Assembly: GCA_013214525.1 (NCBI GenBank)
Contig: JABSSG010000020.1
Coordinates: 24,950 to 88,949 of the forward strand
Source of the DNA: Rickettsiales bacterium
Lineage (GTDB): Bacteria; Pseudomonadota; Alphaproteobacteria; Rickettsiales; JABSSG01
Direction of reading: 5' to 3'
DNA: 64,000 nucleotides
Under the pieces are notes generated by a model, which worked only from the letters and a program-made list of their open reading frames with translations, had not been told where the DNA came from and made no database searches. The stretch's first letter is position 1. Each line of letters begins with the position of its first letter. Shown here in pieces: positions 27,969 to 37,008 of this stretch. A program made the position numbers and the translations under genes.

Positions 27969-28967
27969 ATGAAAAAGTTTAGTGTGCCTTGTGATTTTAA
28001 TGGGGCAAGGTCTCCATTTACTATTTATATTGGTTCTCCAAAACAAGATCGTCATCCAATTTTTTTTCAATCCGATTGGCTTTCTAAAGAGCGAGGCGGG
28101 ACAATACCACAAGAGGTTATGGAGAGTTTGACTAAATTGAAAGAGCTGTCTGAAAAGAATGGAGTTCCTTTTGAAGATTTATGTGTATATGCATTGGGGA
28201 CAGCACAACAAGAAGCGACTGATGAAAATAATGTAAATGAAGGGGATTTAGGTGGAGAAGAGTCAGATGAAGGTGATATAAGTGAAGGTAAGCAAGCAGA
28301 AGATGAAGTAGGTGAAGACGAAATAGGTGAAAATGAAATAAGTGAAGACGAAATAGGTGAAAATGAAATAAGTGAAGATGAAGTAGGTGAAGATGAAGTA
28401 GGTGAAGATGAAATAGGTGAAGATGAAGTAGGTGAAGATGAAATAGGTGAAGATGAAGAGTTAACTGATGAAGAGTTAGAGGAGATAGGAGATGAAGTTC
28501 TTAAAACTGGGGGTGATAATTCTACATCTGATGTAAAAACAAGAAGTATAGATGATACAGTTGTAGGAAGTGAGGATAAAATTGCAGAAGTAAGTCAACC
28601 AGTTAAGGATACTCAGGGGAAGGAGACAAAAATCACCTCGCCTCCATCTAGTAATGACAAAATTGATACTGTAGATGAGAAAGCTGTAAAAAATGAGGAT
28701 GGATCATTGAAGAAAAATGAATCCCATGAGTCAATAACTGAAATTAAACCAACAATTACTAAAGAGAATGGAAAAGATCAGAGCGTTGAAGACATTGATG
28801 ACGTATCTTCAACGAATGAATCTAATCAAGAAGTTAAAGGTATAAAAACCGCAGGAACTAAACAAGATTTGAAGAAAGATGTAGCATCGAAAGATATTTC
28901 TAAAAAAGATGCAGAGCCTGATGCTAATACGTTGCAATCTGAAGATAAAAAAACAAGTGAAGAGTAA
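27969..28967 (+). CDS. DUF2610-like N-terminal domain protein with acidic pentapeptide tandem repeats and a low-complexity tail
   Basis: 332 aa. The N-terminus MKKFSVPCDFNGARSPFTIYIGSPKQDRHPIFFQSDWLSKERGGTIPQEVM is recalled from memory as DUF2610. It is followed by (E-D/N-E-I/V-G/S) x10. Confidence 0.7.
   Translation: MKKFSVPCDFNGARSPFTIYIGSPKQDRHPIFFQSDWLSKERGGTIPQEVMESLTKLKELSEKNGVPFEDLCVYALGTAQQEATDENNVNEGDLGGEESDEGDISEGKQAEDEVGEDEIGENEISEDEIGENEISEDEVGEDEVGEDEIGEDEVGEDEIGEDEELTDEELEEIGDEVLKTGGDNSTSDVKTRSIDDTVVGSEDKIAEVSQPVKDTQGKETKITSPPSSNDKIDTVDEKAVKNEDGSLKKNESHESITEIKPTITKENGKDQSVEDIDDVSSTNESNQEVKGIKTAGTKQDLKKDVASKDISKKDAEPDANTLQSEDKKTSEE
28299..28457 (+). repeat. 15-bp in-frame tandem repeat, 10 full units plus a partial (gaagatgaa[g/a]taggt)
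   Basis: I counted the units directly: EDEVG, EDEIG, ENEIS, EDEIG, ENEIS, EDEVG, EDEVG, EDEIG, EDEVG, EDEIG, EDE. Confidence 0.9.
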
Positions 28968-29023
28968 TTGATTGCTGTATTTTTTCTGGTACATTGAACA
29001 AAATTATAAATATAAGATAATTA

Positions 29024-29518
29024 ATGGTTAATGTGATTAATTTAATTAGTGATTTTTTATCATATATAAACGTTTGGAAACTTCCTTCTAGGATAAATCG
29101 TATAAAGTATTTTGTTATCAAAAATATATATTTGCTGTTATCGATACCTATATTAAAGTGCTTAGGTTTATATACAAAATCTTACCTAATAAGTATTTTT
29201 TTATATGTAATTATTTTTTTTATATTTTATCTTTTAGTATATTTACCGCTAATGATAAAAAGACTGCATGATTGTAATTTAAGCGGTTGGTGGATTTTAG
29301 TTGTGTTTATTCCTTTTGTAGGAATTATATTATTCCTAGTAGTTTTATTTATGCCGGGAACTAAAAAATCTAATAGGTTTGGAGCTGTACCTAAAAAAGC
29401 AAATAAAGTAGAATTTGTAGCAACTAGTATTTTCATACCATGGTATATTTTTATCACATATTCAAGCTTTTTATCATGGTATTACGCTATGCAAAAATTT
29501 TTGAATTTTGTACTATAA
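29024..29518 (+). CDS. DUF805-family inner membrane protein (paralogue of 11291-11791)
   Basis: 164 aa with RINRIKYF and KRLHDCNLSGWW. Its N-terminus, (F/L)xYINVW/F.LP.RINR, is shared with the paralogue. Confidence 0.75.
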   Translation: MVNVINLISDFLSYINVWKLPSRINRIKYFVIKNIYLLLSIPILKCLGLYTKSYLISIFLYVIIFFIFYLLVYLPLMIKRLHDCNLSGWWILVVFIPFVGIILFLVVLFMPGTKKSNRFGAVPKKANKVEFVATSIFIPWYIFITYSSFLSWYYAMQKFLNFVL

Positions 29519-29551
29519 ATATAGTTCAAATGGTTAATTTACTAGTAATAT

Positions 29552-31018
29552 ATGTCTTATTTTAAACTAGAAAAAGAATTTGAGAGATATGGTAATTTAA
29601 ACAATATTAAGTCAATATTGGATTGGGACACTAATGTAAATCTACCTCAAAACTCGCTTTTCTCTAGAGAAAAACAAATTAATTACATAGATGATGAAAT
29701 AAATAATTTTCTACGTGATAAATATGTAGGTAGCTTGTTAAAAAACGTTAGAAAAGAGAAGTTAAATAAATGGCAACAAAGAAATTTGGAGCTAATGATA
29801 AAAGCTACAGAAGAAAATAAAATTTATCCTGAGAAATTATTAGAATCCATAAGTATATCTTCTATGAGATGCGAATCTTTATGGAGAAAAGCAAAATCGT
29901 TAAATCAATTTGCAATAGTGAAAGATGCTTTGGAATCTCTATTGTTACTGATAAAAGAAAAGTCAGATAGAAGAGGAGAGTGGCTTCAGAAAAGTAACTA
30001 TCAAACGTTAGTTGATGTATATAGTCCTGGATTGAAGTTAGATACTATCAATAGAATATTTAATGAATTAAAAGAAAAGATTGCTTTAATAACCCCTCAA
30101 TTAAATGAAGATAATACTGTTTCTCATAATTCAATTAACCTGAAAAATAAGTATGAATTTAATATAGTTGCTGAAATTATAGCAAAAGAGATGGGGTTCG
30201 ATTTTAATGGAGGAAGGATAGACTTTAGTGTTCATCCATTTTGTGGTGGTCATCCACAGGATATCAGGGTAACTCATCATTATGATGGCAGTAATTTTAT
30301 TTCTGCTTTATATGCAATAATACATGAGGTTGGACATGGATTATATGAACAGAATTTACCCAAAAAATTAAATAACCAGCTTGTAGGACAAGCTTGTGGT
30401 TATGCAGCACATGAAGGAAGCTCATTGCTACATGAGTTTTTTATAGGGAAGAGTAAATATTTTTTGGAGAAGATTGATAAAATTATAAGTAAGTATGTTA
30501 ATCAATATGAACAAAAATCTCTTGTCAGTGAAGTGAGAAAAGTATTATTGAATAACTCAATTAGAGTAAATGCTGACATGGTGACATATCCGTTGCATAT
30601 TATTTTGAGGTATGAATTAGAAAAAATGTTGTTTGATGGCTCATTAAAAGTAGAAGAAATTCCTGAATGCTGGAGACAAAAGCATGAAGAATTATTTGGT
30701 TTTAAAATAAATTCAGATACAGAAGGATGTTTACAAGATATTCACTGGTATATGGGGCTTTTTGGCTATTTTCCTTCGTATTGCATAGGTTTAATTTATG
30801 CAGCACAGATGTATTATTTGATTGGTTTTAACTCTATTCATAGTAAAGAAAGTTTTAAGCAAAAATTTTATGATTTGAAGGTAAGGTTTTATGAAAATGG
30901 TTCTTTATATGAATTTGAAGATCTTGTTGAAAAATGCACTGGCAAAACATTAACTACTGAATATTATTATGAATTTATACATTCAGAGTATTTGAAATCG
31001 TCTGATAAAGTTACTTAA
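29552..31018 (+). CDS. M32-family carboxypeptidase (carboxypeptidase Taq type)
   Basis: 488 aa with the HEXXH site IHEVGHGLYEQ and the HPF (VHPFCGG), DIHW and IRV.AD family motifs. Confidence 0.88.
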   Translation: MSYFKLEKEFERYGNLNNIKSILDWDTNVNLPQNSLFSREKQINYIDDEINNFLRDKYVGSLLKNVRKEKLNKWQQRNLELMIKATEENKIYPEKLLESISISSMRCESLWRKAKSLNQFAIVKDALESLLLLIKEKSDRRGEWLQKSNYQTLVDVYSPGLKLDTINRIFNELKEKIALITPQLNEDNTVSHNSINLKNKYEFNIVAEIIAKEMGFDFNGGRIDFSVHPFCGGHPQDIRVTHHYDGSNFISALYAIIHEVGHGLYEQNLPKKLNNQLVGQACGYAAHEGSSLLHEFFIGKSKYFLEKIDKIISKYVNQYEQKSLVSEVRKVLLNNSIRVNADMVTYPLHIILRYELEKMLFDGSLKVEEIPECWRQKHEELFGFKINSDTEGCLQDIHWYMGLFGYFPSYCIGLIYAAQMYYLIGFNSIHSKESFKQKFYDLKVRFYENGSLYEFEDLVEKCTGKTLTTEYYYEFIHSEYLKSSDKVT

Positions 31019-31287
31019 TGAGTATATATTTATTGTGTTTGAGGAGTCTGAGGTTTAAGGTTGCTATTATCTAGTTTTTTCTTGCTGAGTGATTTGTGTT
31101 TTAGGTGTACGAGGTTTTGGTAGGGTGCTTGTATATCCTCTTATTACAGTAGGGGATTTAGTAAGTTGAAGTGCTATTTTTTTAGCTTGTTCAGGTTCAA
31201 ATGATTTATTTATATCTGCCATAATTACTTTATAAAGCTGTGTATGTAATAAATATATATTATACCATTACTTGAGAATAAATTTTA

Positions 31288-31947
31288 TTAAAATTCTAGG
31301 TAATGAAAAAATTTTTCAATGCCAGTTGCTAGAGCAATAGAAATTACTTTCGGTTTTGTTTGGGAATCATTTTTAACTCTTCTATAAAATGCGTATTTAG
31401 ATTTTGTGTTTAAATATTTTGGTGGTGAAGGAATAAAAATCCTTTTAAGCAATATGTTATTGTTATCAAATAAAGATATTGTGATGGAAGGAACTCGTCT
31501 ATAAGTTTTAGAATTATTTTTTATAACAGCATTTATATCTATTTGATCATTTTTTCTATTTGATATTTCGATATTATGAATTCTTATGTCATTTATAGAT
31601 GGTATGCCTAATTTATCATAAAATTTTGATATGTAAGGATATTGTGTAGTAAGTTTTTCTTGAAAAAATAATGTAGTTGACCCTAAAGCGGTAAATAGTA
31701 AAATTACTATAAATGTAAGACTCCAGATAGGATGTTTTTTTTTCACAATAGCAGGGAGAAAAACTTTATTAGTTTGCGTGTTAGAGAGATTAGTTTCATG
31801 ATTATCAAATGTAACTTTGGGAGGTTCTATATAATCTTGAAACCAAATGCTAGCACATTTACTACATTTAAGCTTTTTGCCATGAGGAGCTAATGCTTTA
31901 TGAGTTAAATAATATTGAGTGCTACATTGTGAACAGGTAATAATCAT
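31288..31947 (-). CDS. MJ0042-type zinc-ribbon protein with TM segment and DUF3426-like C-terminal domain
   Basis: 219 aa. MIITCSQCSTQYYL...KLKCSKCASIWF gives two CxxC pairs, followed by a single TM segment. Confidence 0.7.
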   Translation of the reverse strand: MIITCSQCSTQYYLTHKALAPHGKKLKCSKCASIWFQDYIEPPKVTFDNHETNLSNTQTNKVFLPAIVKKKHPIWSLTFIVILLFTALGSTTLFFQEKLTTQYPYISKFYDKLGIPSINDIRIHNIEISNRKNDQIDINAVIKNNSKTYRRVPSITISLFDNNNILLKRIFIPSPPKYLNTKSKYAFYRRVKNDSQTKPKVISIALATGIEKFFHYLEF

Positions 31948-32016
31948 TTTTAGTAAGTAGTTGGGTATATATGCTCATAGTACTTTGGTGTTTCTATATT
32001 TAAGCTTAACATAACA

Positions 32017-32733
32017 TTATTTTTTTAAAATATCTTCTAGCTCTTTACGTATAGTTGGGAAATTTTCTTTTCTATCAGCAAAGATATTTTTTTCTAAAAA
32101 ATATCTTGTTATTTGTAAAGCATGGCCCACTTCTTTTTCTGTTGAATGTTCATCTGGATCTATAAATAATTTTGGCAATATGAAAAGCTTATCTTTATAT
32201 TGTTCTCCAGGTTGTTTAGCAACAGCTTTACCAGTTCTAGGGGAGATATAAGTAAGATTTTCTATAGATCCAGTAACAACACATTTACGTAAGTCTAATC
32301 CAAAGCCAGATTTAGATAATAATTCAAGCTCAATTATTACGAACATATTTAGCCATAGAAGATGGTTGAATTTTAATGCGTATAAGAAATTTTCTAATTG
32401 GAAAAACAAATTTTCTTGAGGTTCTTTTTCCATTAAGCATGTTTTGTACAAATTGCAGATACTTAATAGTGATAGTAGTTTTTTTTTATCATGATACACA
32501 AATGGAGCAATGGTTTCGAAAGATTTAATGTTGAAATTTCCTAAGTGGTTTTCTAGTCTAGCATACCATCTTAAATGTAGAATATTGCCGACTGTTAGAG
32601 CTGTTTTATTTGTTTTTGATCTTTTAATAGCCCCTTTCCTAATACCATGTTGTTCGAATAATACAGACATGATTAATAAGTCATTTAAATACTCTTGTGC
32701 CTCAAGTATTATTGCTGTTCCTTCAAGTTCCAT
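32017..32733 (-). CDS. recO: DNA repair protein RecO
   Basis: 238 aa with an OB-fold N-terminus and a C-terminal GFGLDLRKCVVTG motif. Confidence 0.8.
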   Translation of the reverse strand: MELEGTAIILEAQEYLNDLLIMSVLFEQHGIRKGAIKRSKTNKTALTVGNILHLRWYARLENHLGNFNIKSFETIAPFVYHDKKKLLSLLSICNLYKTCLMEKEPQENLFFQLENFLYALKFNHLLWLNMFVIIELELLSKSGFGLDLRKCVVTGSIENLTYISPRTGKAVAKQPGEQYKDKLFILPKLFIDPDEHSTEKEVGHALQITRYFLEKNIFADRKENFPTIRKELEDILKK

Positions 32734-32766
32734 AGCTTCTAGTATATTTTTAGAATGACGTTACTA

Positions 32767-33258
32767 TCATACATAAAAATAATATAATTGATATGCTGCC
32801 ATAGTAGCCATAACAAAATTTTCTAAAATACTTACTGTGCTTAAAGGAACATTCAATACAGTGCCAAGGCAGGCACATTTTATTTTTTGTCCGGATAATA
32901 CACTCTTTGATACACCTATGCCACTTATGAGCATTACAATAAGAGTGATCCAATTCACTATTAAGAGATTGATTTGTGATAGATATGCTGTACCTAAAGT
33001 GAATTCAATAAATGGGTAAATATAACCATAGATACGAAAATGTTTAGTAATAATGTCGTAAGTTGCGAATCCTTCAACAAATCCCTTTAAATCGAAGAAT
33101 TTGAAAAGTGAGAAAAATACGAAGAAGTAGCCCATGATGTAATACATAAATATTTGTGTATTAAAAGGGTTGGTTTGAGCTATAGAGAGTAATAAGCAGA
33201 AGATTACTATGATAATTAATGGTTTGTAGTTACTTTTAGGTTCAGATGGTTGTGTCAT
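32767..33258 (-). CDS. MauE/DoxX-like redox-associated membrane protein
   Basis: 163 aa, 4 TM segments, with KFFDLKGFVEGFATYDI and a CACLG motif. Confidence 0.6.
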   Translation of the reverse strand: MTQPSEPKSNYKPLIIIVIFCLLLSIAQTNPFNTQIFMYYIMGYFFVFFSLFKFFDLKGFVEGFATYDIITKHFRIYGYIYPFIEFTLGTAYLSQINLLIVNWITLIVMLISGIGVSKSVLSGQKIKCACLGTVLNVPLSTVSILENFVMATMAAYQLYYFYV

Positions 33259-33339
33259 AAGGAGTCTTGTGATTTATTCTTCTTCTTATAATAAGCTTAG
33301 AGAATAAGCAAAGAAAACTCAACATTGACTAAATGGATA

Positions 33340-34071
33340 TTATAGATTTTGTGCAATTATATAACAACTTACTGCAAAAATTGTTGCAGTTTCTGTTCGT
33401 AGGATGTTTTTACCTAATGAAACAGGAAAAATATTTTGATGATTAGCTAGAGATTTTTGTTCAGTTGCCGAAAAACCACCTTCTGGTCCGATAAGAATGA
33501 TTATTTTTTTAGAGATTTGTAATTTCTGTAGAGTTTTGCTCAAAAAGTCAGCATTAGATCGTTCGCTGCAAAATAAAATTTTATAATTAATATATTCTTT
33601 CAGAAAGGTCTTCAGCGAAATAATATCTTTAATAACAGGAATAGAGAGACGTTCAGATTGTTCTGTAGCTCCTAAAGCATAATTTTTTAGTTTTGTTGCA
33701 TTTACAGTACGTATAACAGTTCTTTCTGTAATGATTGGTATAAAAGTATTTACACCTAACTCTGTACATTTTTCTATTAAGAAACGTAGGCGATCTTGTT
33801 TGATAGGAGCAAAAGCAATAGCAATATCATTATTGTGTTCAGCTTTCCGTAGCTGTTCTTTAATACTAATGGTAATTGTTTTTTTATTGATTTCTTGGAT
33901 CTGACCAAGCCATTCTCCGTTAACTTGATTAAATAGTCTTATATTTTCTGTAGGTTTAATTTTTAAAACTGTATTTAAATGATGTATTTGTGATTTTAAT
34001 GTCAGTTTTATTATTGCATCTTTATGTAATGATGCTTCCACCCATACTCTTTTTAAGTTAAAATTTTTCAT
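33340..34071 (-). CDS. rsmE: 16S rRNA (uracil1498-N3)-methyltransferase
   Basis: 243 aa with a PUA-like N-terminus and a SPOUT C-terminus containing IGPEGGFS..E and LG..ILR.ETA. Confidence 0.88.
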   Translation of the reverse strand: MKNFNLKRVWVEASLHKDAIIKLTLKSQIHHLNTVLKIKPTENIRLFNQVNGEWLGQIQEINKKTITISIKEQLRKAEHNNDIAIAFAPIKQDRLRFLIEKCTELGVNTFIPIITERTVIRTVNATKLKNYALGATEQSERLSIPVIKDIISLKTFLKEYINYKILFCSERSNADFLSKTLQKLQISKKIIILIGPEGGFSATEQKSLANHQNIFPVSLGKNILRTETATIFAVSCYIIAQNL

Positions 34072-34108
34072 TGTATAAAATCAATAAATATTTATTACCT
34101 TAATTGTT

Positions 34109-35176
34109 ATGAAAAAGAAATGCAAAATAAATCTAGCTTTACAAGGTGGAGGCTCACATGGTGCATATACATGGGGGATATTAGATAGACTGCTTGAGGA
34201 AGAAAATCTATCTTTTGATGGTATTAGTGGCACTAGTGCTGGTGCTATGAATGGAGCAGTTCTTGTAAATGGGTTAATAAAGGACGGTAGAGAAGGAGCT
34301 AAAAAAGCATTAAAGAAGTTTTGGACAGATGTTAGTCGTATGGGCAAGTTTAATCTTCCTAGTATGGGGTTAATGAATAAGGTATTAAAAAGCTGGAACA
34401 TGGATTTATCATTTGGCTACCATTGGTTTGATATTTTGTCCCGAACTTTTTCTCCATATGATACAAACCCAAGAGATATTAATCCTTTGCGTGATTTACT
34501 TGAAAAGGATATTGATATGGAAATGTTAAGGGAAGCGAAGGATATGAAGCTTTTCGTTACTGCTACTAATGTGCGAACTGGTCGTCCACGTGTTTTTAAA
34601 ATAAATGAGATTTCAGCAGATGTATTACTAGCCTCTGCATGTTTGCCTTATTTATTTCAAGCAGTTGAAGTGAATGGAGAGCATTATTGGGATGGTGGTT
34701 ATGTCGGTAATCCTGCACTTTGGCCGCTAATATATGGTTGTGATACAGATGATATAATATTGATGCAAATTAATCCTTTGCAGAGGCATAAATTACCTAA
34801 AACAGCTCATGAAATTATGAATAGAATTAATGAGATTACGTTTAATTCCAGTCTCATTTCAGAGATTAAAGCGATTAATTTTGTATCTCGTATGGTGCAT
34901 AAGAAGCAACTTAGTAAAAGAGTATATAAAGAGCTTCGGTTTCATATGATAGCACCTGATGAAGAGATGGAAGAACTTAATGCTTCTAGTAAGTTAAATT
35001 CTGATTTAGAATTTTTGCTTTATTTAAAAAAGCTTGGTAGAAAAGCTGCTGAGGTTTGGATTGAAAAAAATTATTCTAAAATAGGAGTGAAGTCTTCTTT
35101 TGATATTGAAAAAACCTTCTTTCCTAAGCTAATTGAGGATCATCCTTATATTGATCAAGATTTAAATATCTTATAA
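34109..35176 (+). CDS. patatin-like phospholipase
   Basis: 355 aa with the oxyanion GGGSHG, the nucleophile GTSAGA (GxSxG) and a catalytic DGG(Y) dyad. No signal peptide is evident. Confidence 0.88.
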   Translation: MKKKCKINLALQGGGSHGAYTWGILDRLLEEENLSFDGISGTSAGAMNGAVLVNGLIKDGREGAKKALKKFWTDVSRMGKFNLPSMGLMNKVLKSWNMDLSFGYHWFDILSRTFSPYDTNPRDINPLRDLLEKDIDMEMLREAKDMKLFVTATNVRTGRPRVFKINEISADVLLASACLPYLFQAVEVNGEHYWDGGYVGNPALWPLIYGCDTDDIILMQINPLQRHKLPKTAHEIMNRINEITFNSSLISEIKAINFVSRMVHKKQLSKRVYKELRFHMIAPDEEMEELNASSKLNSDLEFLLYLKKLGRKAAEVWIEKNYSKIGVKSSFDIEKTFFPKLIEDHPYIDQDLNIL

Positions 35177-35240
35177 ATTTAGAATCTTAATGGAAATAAT
35201 CTTAATGATCACAAATAATTAAGATAAATTAATAAATTCC

Positions 35241-35268
35241 TTGACAATGCTGCATAAGTTGTTAAAAT
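35241..35268 (+). promoter_or_regulatory. near-consensus sigma70 promoter P-distal (TTGACA-N16-TAAAAT)
   Basis: ttgaca at 35241-35246 and taaaat at 35263-35268, preceded by aaattaataaattcc. It belongs to a duplicated promoter module. Confidence 0.45.
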
Positions 35269-35355
35269 ATAGCAACTTTTAGTATTAATATTGTTTAAAT
35301 ATAAATGCTCTAAATAGGGTTAGATGCAAAATATTTAAAATAAGTTAATAAATTG

Positions 35356-35384
35356 TTGACATATATAAGAATAGTTGATAAAAT
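35356..35384 (+). promoter_or_regulatory. near-consensus sigma70 promoter P-proximal (TTGACA-N17-TAAAAT)
   Basis: ttgaca at 35356-35361 and taaaat at 35379-35384, preceded by aagttaataaattg. It lies ~40 nt upstream of the ATG at 35425. Confidence 0.5.
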
Positions 35385-35424
35385 AAAGTAATAATTAAGA
35401 TTTTTTAATAAAAAGGTAGTAGTT

Positions 35425-35991
35425 ATGAGTAGACCAATGACAGGAGGACTAGGCAGTGTAAGATATGTTGTATCAAAGAGCCTTTCTACTTTATTTCATT
35501 CTTCTCGGACAGCAAGCTCTTATGGGCCTCTTTTAAAAGCTGGCATAGGTGGATTTGCTTCTGGTGTAAGCAAAGCAATTGAGCATTCATTGTTAACTGT
35601 TGCTAACACTGCAACATCTGGTGCTACTATAATTAAAACTATTCATGATACAGTACAGACAGTTAGTGCTGGAGAATATTTAGATGCTGGATCAAAGTTT
35701 TTTGGTGGTACAGGTGATGCACTTGGTTCGATGTGGAATGCAGGAGTTGATTTACATAGTGCAATTGGTGGCACAACTGATGCTATTGTTGAGTCTGCAT
35801 TTTTTGGATGGGATTTTTCTCATATGGTAGTTGATACTGCTACAACAGCAAGCAGTGTTATTCAAAATTATGATAGTTATCTTGAGCCAATCGTGGAATT
35901 AGGAAGTAAAGTGATCAGTGAGACAACAATAGCTGGTGATTTATGGACTGTAGTGGAGCCAGTAACAGATCTTTCTTGGGAACTTGTATAA
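35425..35991 (+). CDS. hypothetical G/S/T/A-rich protein (ORFan)
   Basis: 188-aa ORF with an aaaggtag RBS. It has no signal peptide or TM segment that I can see, and its composition is unlike its neighbours. Confidence 0.6.
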   Translation: MSRPMTGGLGSVRYVVSKSLSTLFHSSRTASSYGPLLKAGIGGFASGVSKAIEHSLLTVANTATSGATIIKTIHDTVQTVSAGEYLDAGSKFFGGTGDALGSMWNAGVDLHSAIGGTTDAIVESAFFGWDFSHMVVDTATTASSVIQNYDSYLEPIVELGSKVISETTIAGDLWTVVEPVTDLSWELV

Positions 35992-36048
35992 AAAAACCTG
36001 AAATTTATAATTAGTAGGAGAGCAATAATTTATATTATTTACTTCTAC

Positions 36049-36095
36049 CTCTCTTCATTTCTTTAAAAATATATTATTTTAAAAGAGAGAGTTTT
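36049..36095 (+). terminator. possible intrinsic terminator between convergent genes
   Basis: ctctctt (36049-36055) pairs with aagagag (36085-36091) around an AT-rich inner stem, followed by tttt. The stem is weak and the loop long. Confidence 0.25.
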
Positions 36096-36309
36096 AATTA
36101 TCAGAGCTCTCTTTTATTTTCTCTAAGGTTAATTTTGCTTCTTGCAATCTTTTTTCACAAATGAGTCGTAATTCATTCCCCCTTTCATATTTTTTTAGCA
36201 TTTCATCTAAGCCATCTTTGCCTGTTTCAATGTCTTTAACAATATTTTGTAGCTCTGCTAAGGCTTCTTCAAAACTAGGATTTGGTTTTTTTTTGGTGTT
36301 TTCTGTCAT
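36094..36309 (-). CDS. xseB: exodeoxyribonuclease VII small subunit
   Basis: 71 aa. SFEEALAELQNIVKDIETGKDGLDEMLKKYERGNELRLICEKRL is the XseB pattern. Confidence 0.88.
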   Translation of the reverse strand: MTENTKKKPNPSFEEALAELQNIVKDIETGKDGLDEMLKKYERGNELRLICEKRLQEAKLTLEKIKESSDN

Positions 36310-36329
36310 AAAAGTTAGCTATTTATTGA

Positions 36330-36494
36330 ATATACTAATTGTACTTGAAGAATCCTAATTTTAAAGACAGAAAATGGAATTAATATCATTAAAAATTTGC
36401 AAATATCGTTGATATTTAAGACATTTTTAAAGGAAGATAGTAGTTTCATTTTCAAACTTAAAAACCGAGGAGGTTTTAGGTACAATTAGTATAT
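36330..36494. repeat. family A repeat, copy A3 (opposite orientation), abutting the tRNA-Phe 3' end
   Basis: It has perfect 15-nt TIRs, atatactaattgtac and gtacaattagtatat. The interior ttaaagacagaaaat...cattttc matches the reverse complement of the A1 core. It ends 1 nt before the tRNA. Confidence 0.85.
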
Positions 36495-36495
36495 G

Positions 36496-36571
36496 TGGTG
36501 GCTGGACCGGGAATCGAACCCGGGACACAAGGATTTTCAGTCCTTTGCTCTACCAACTGAGCTATCCAGCC
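36496..36571 (-). tRNA. tRNA-Phe (anticodon GAA), CCA encoded
   Basis: Folded by hand into a cloverleaf: GGCTGGA acceptor, GCTC/GAGC D-stem, AAGGA-CTGAAAA-TCCTT anticodon arm, CCGGG-TTCGATT-CCCGG T-arm, ACCA tail. Confidence 0.95.
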
Positions 36572-36654
36572 ATGATACGTGATTATAATGTATTTTTAAA
36601 ACTCAAGTTGGTCAATAGCTAAAACTTGAGCCAGTAAACAAAAACTGAATTTAT

Positions 36655-36688
36655 CAGTATTTTGTTCTACCAACTGAGCTATCCAGCC
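36655..36688 (-). pseudogene. partial tRNA-Phe copy (5' half through anticodon stem), decayed
   Basis: cagtattttgttctaccaactgagctatccagcc versus the functional cagtcctttgctctaccaactgagctatccagcc, 31 of 34 identical. No T-arm is recognisable. Confidence 0.7.
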
Positions 36689-36778
36689 AAAGTATATCTT
36701 GTTGTACATCTAGTATAAATATACTTAGATATAGTTTATTTTTCAAACTTTAAAGCCAGCCAACAAATACTGAATCTA

Positions 36779-36810
36779 CAGTATTTTGCTCTACTAACTG
36801 AGTTATCTAG
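36779..36810 (-). pseudogene. second, more decayed partial tRNA-Phe copy
   Basis: cagtattttgctctactaactgagttatctag, 27 of 32 identical to the functional gene. Its flank (gccagccaacaaatactgaatcta) is homologous to the flank of the first copy, giving a ~124-bp tandem unit. Confidence 0.6.
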
Positions 36811-37008
36811 TTTTGTTTAAGTTTTGAAAGCACTGAAAAGTATACTCTTTATATTTTGTTTGTAAATTATTTTATAGCCCTAATTTACTATTGGGATTTA
36901 TAGAAATGGTATGATTCGTATCTAATAGATAGTCCAGGCTTTTAAAATAACTTGACATTACTGTTTAATTATACAATGATAAATAAGTAATTCTACAATG
37001 TATAATTA

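Noticed and set aside
28299-28457. Possible CRISPR-like or satellite array
   Set aside because: The units are 15 bp with no spacers, are perfectly in frame and lie inside a CDS. This is a coding tandem repeat, not a CRISPR array. I saw no CRISPR array or cas gene anywhere in the window.
31067-31222. 51-aa minus-strand ORF (MADINKSFEPEQAKKIALQLTKSPTVIRGYTSTLPKPRTPKTQITQQEKTR) in the 270-bp spacer after the M32 carboxypeptidase
   Set aside because: It has no RBS or recognisable family. Its 3' end overlaps what looks like a degenerate family A repeat fragment (31021-31075). The evidence is too weak to call it a gene.
34081-34401. 106-aa minus-strand ORF, along with similar antisense ORFs listed inside clpA, ftsH, aas, radA and others
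   Set aside because: All are embedded antisense in strongly supported conserved genes and have low-complexity translations.
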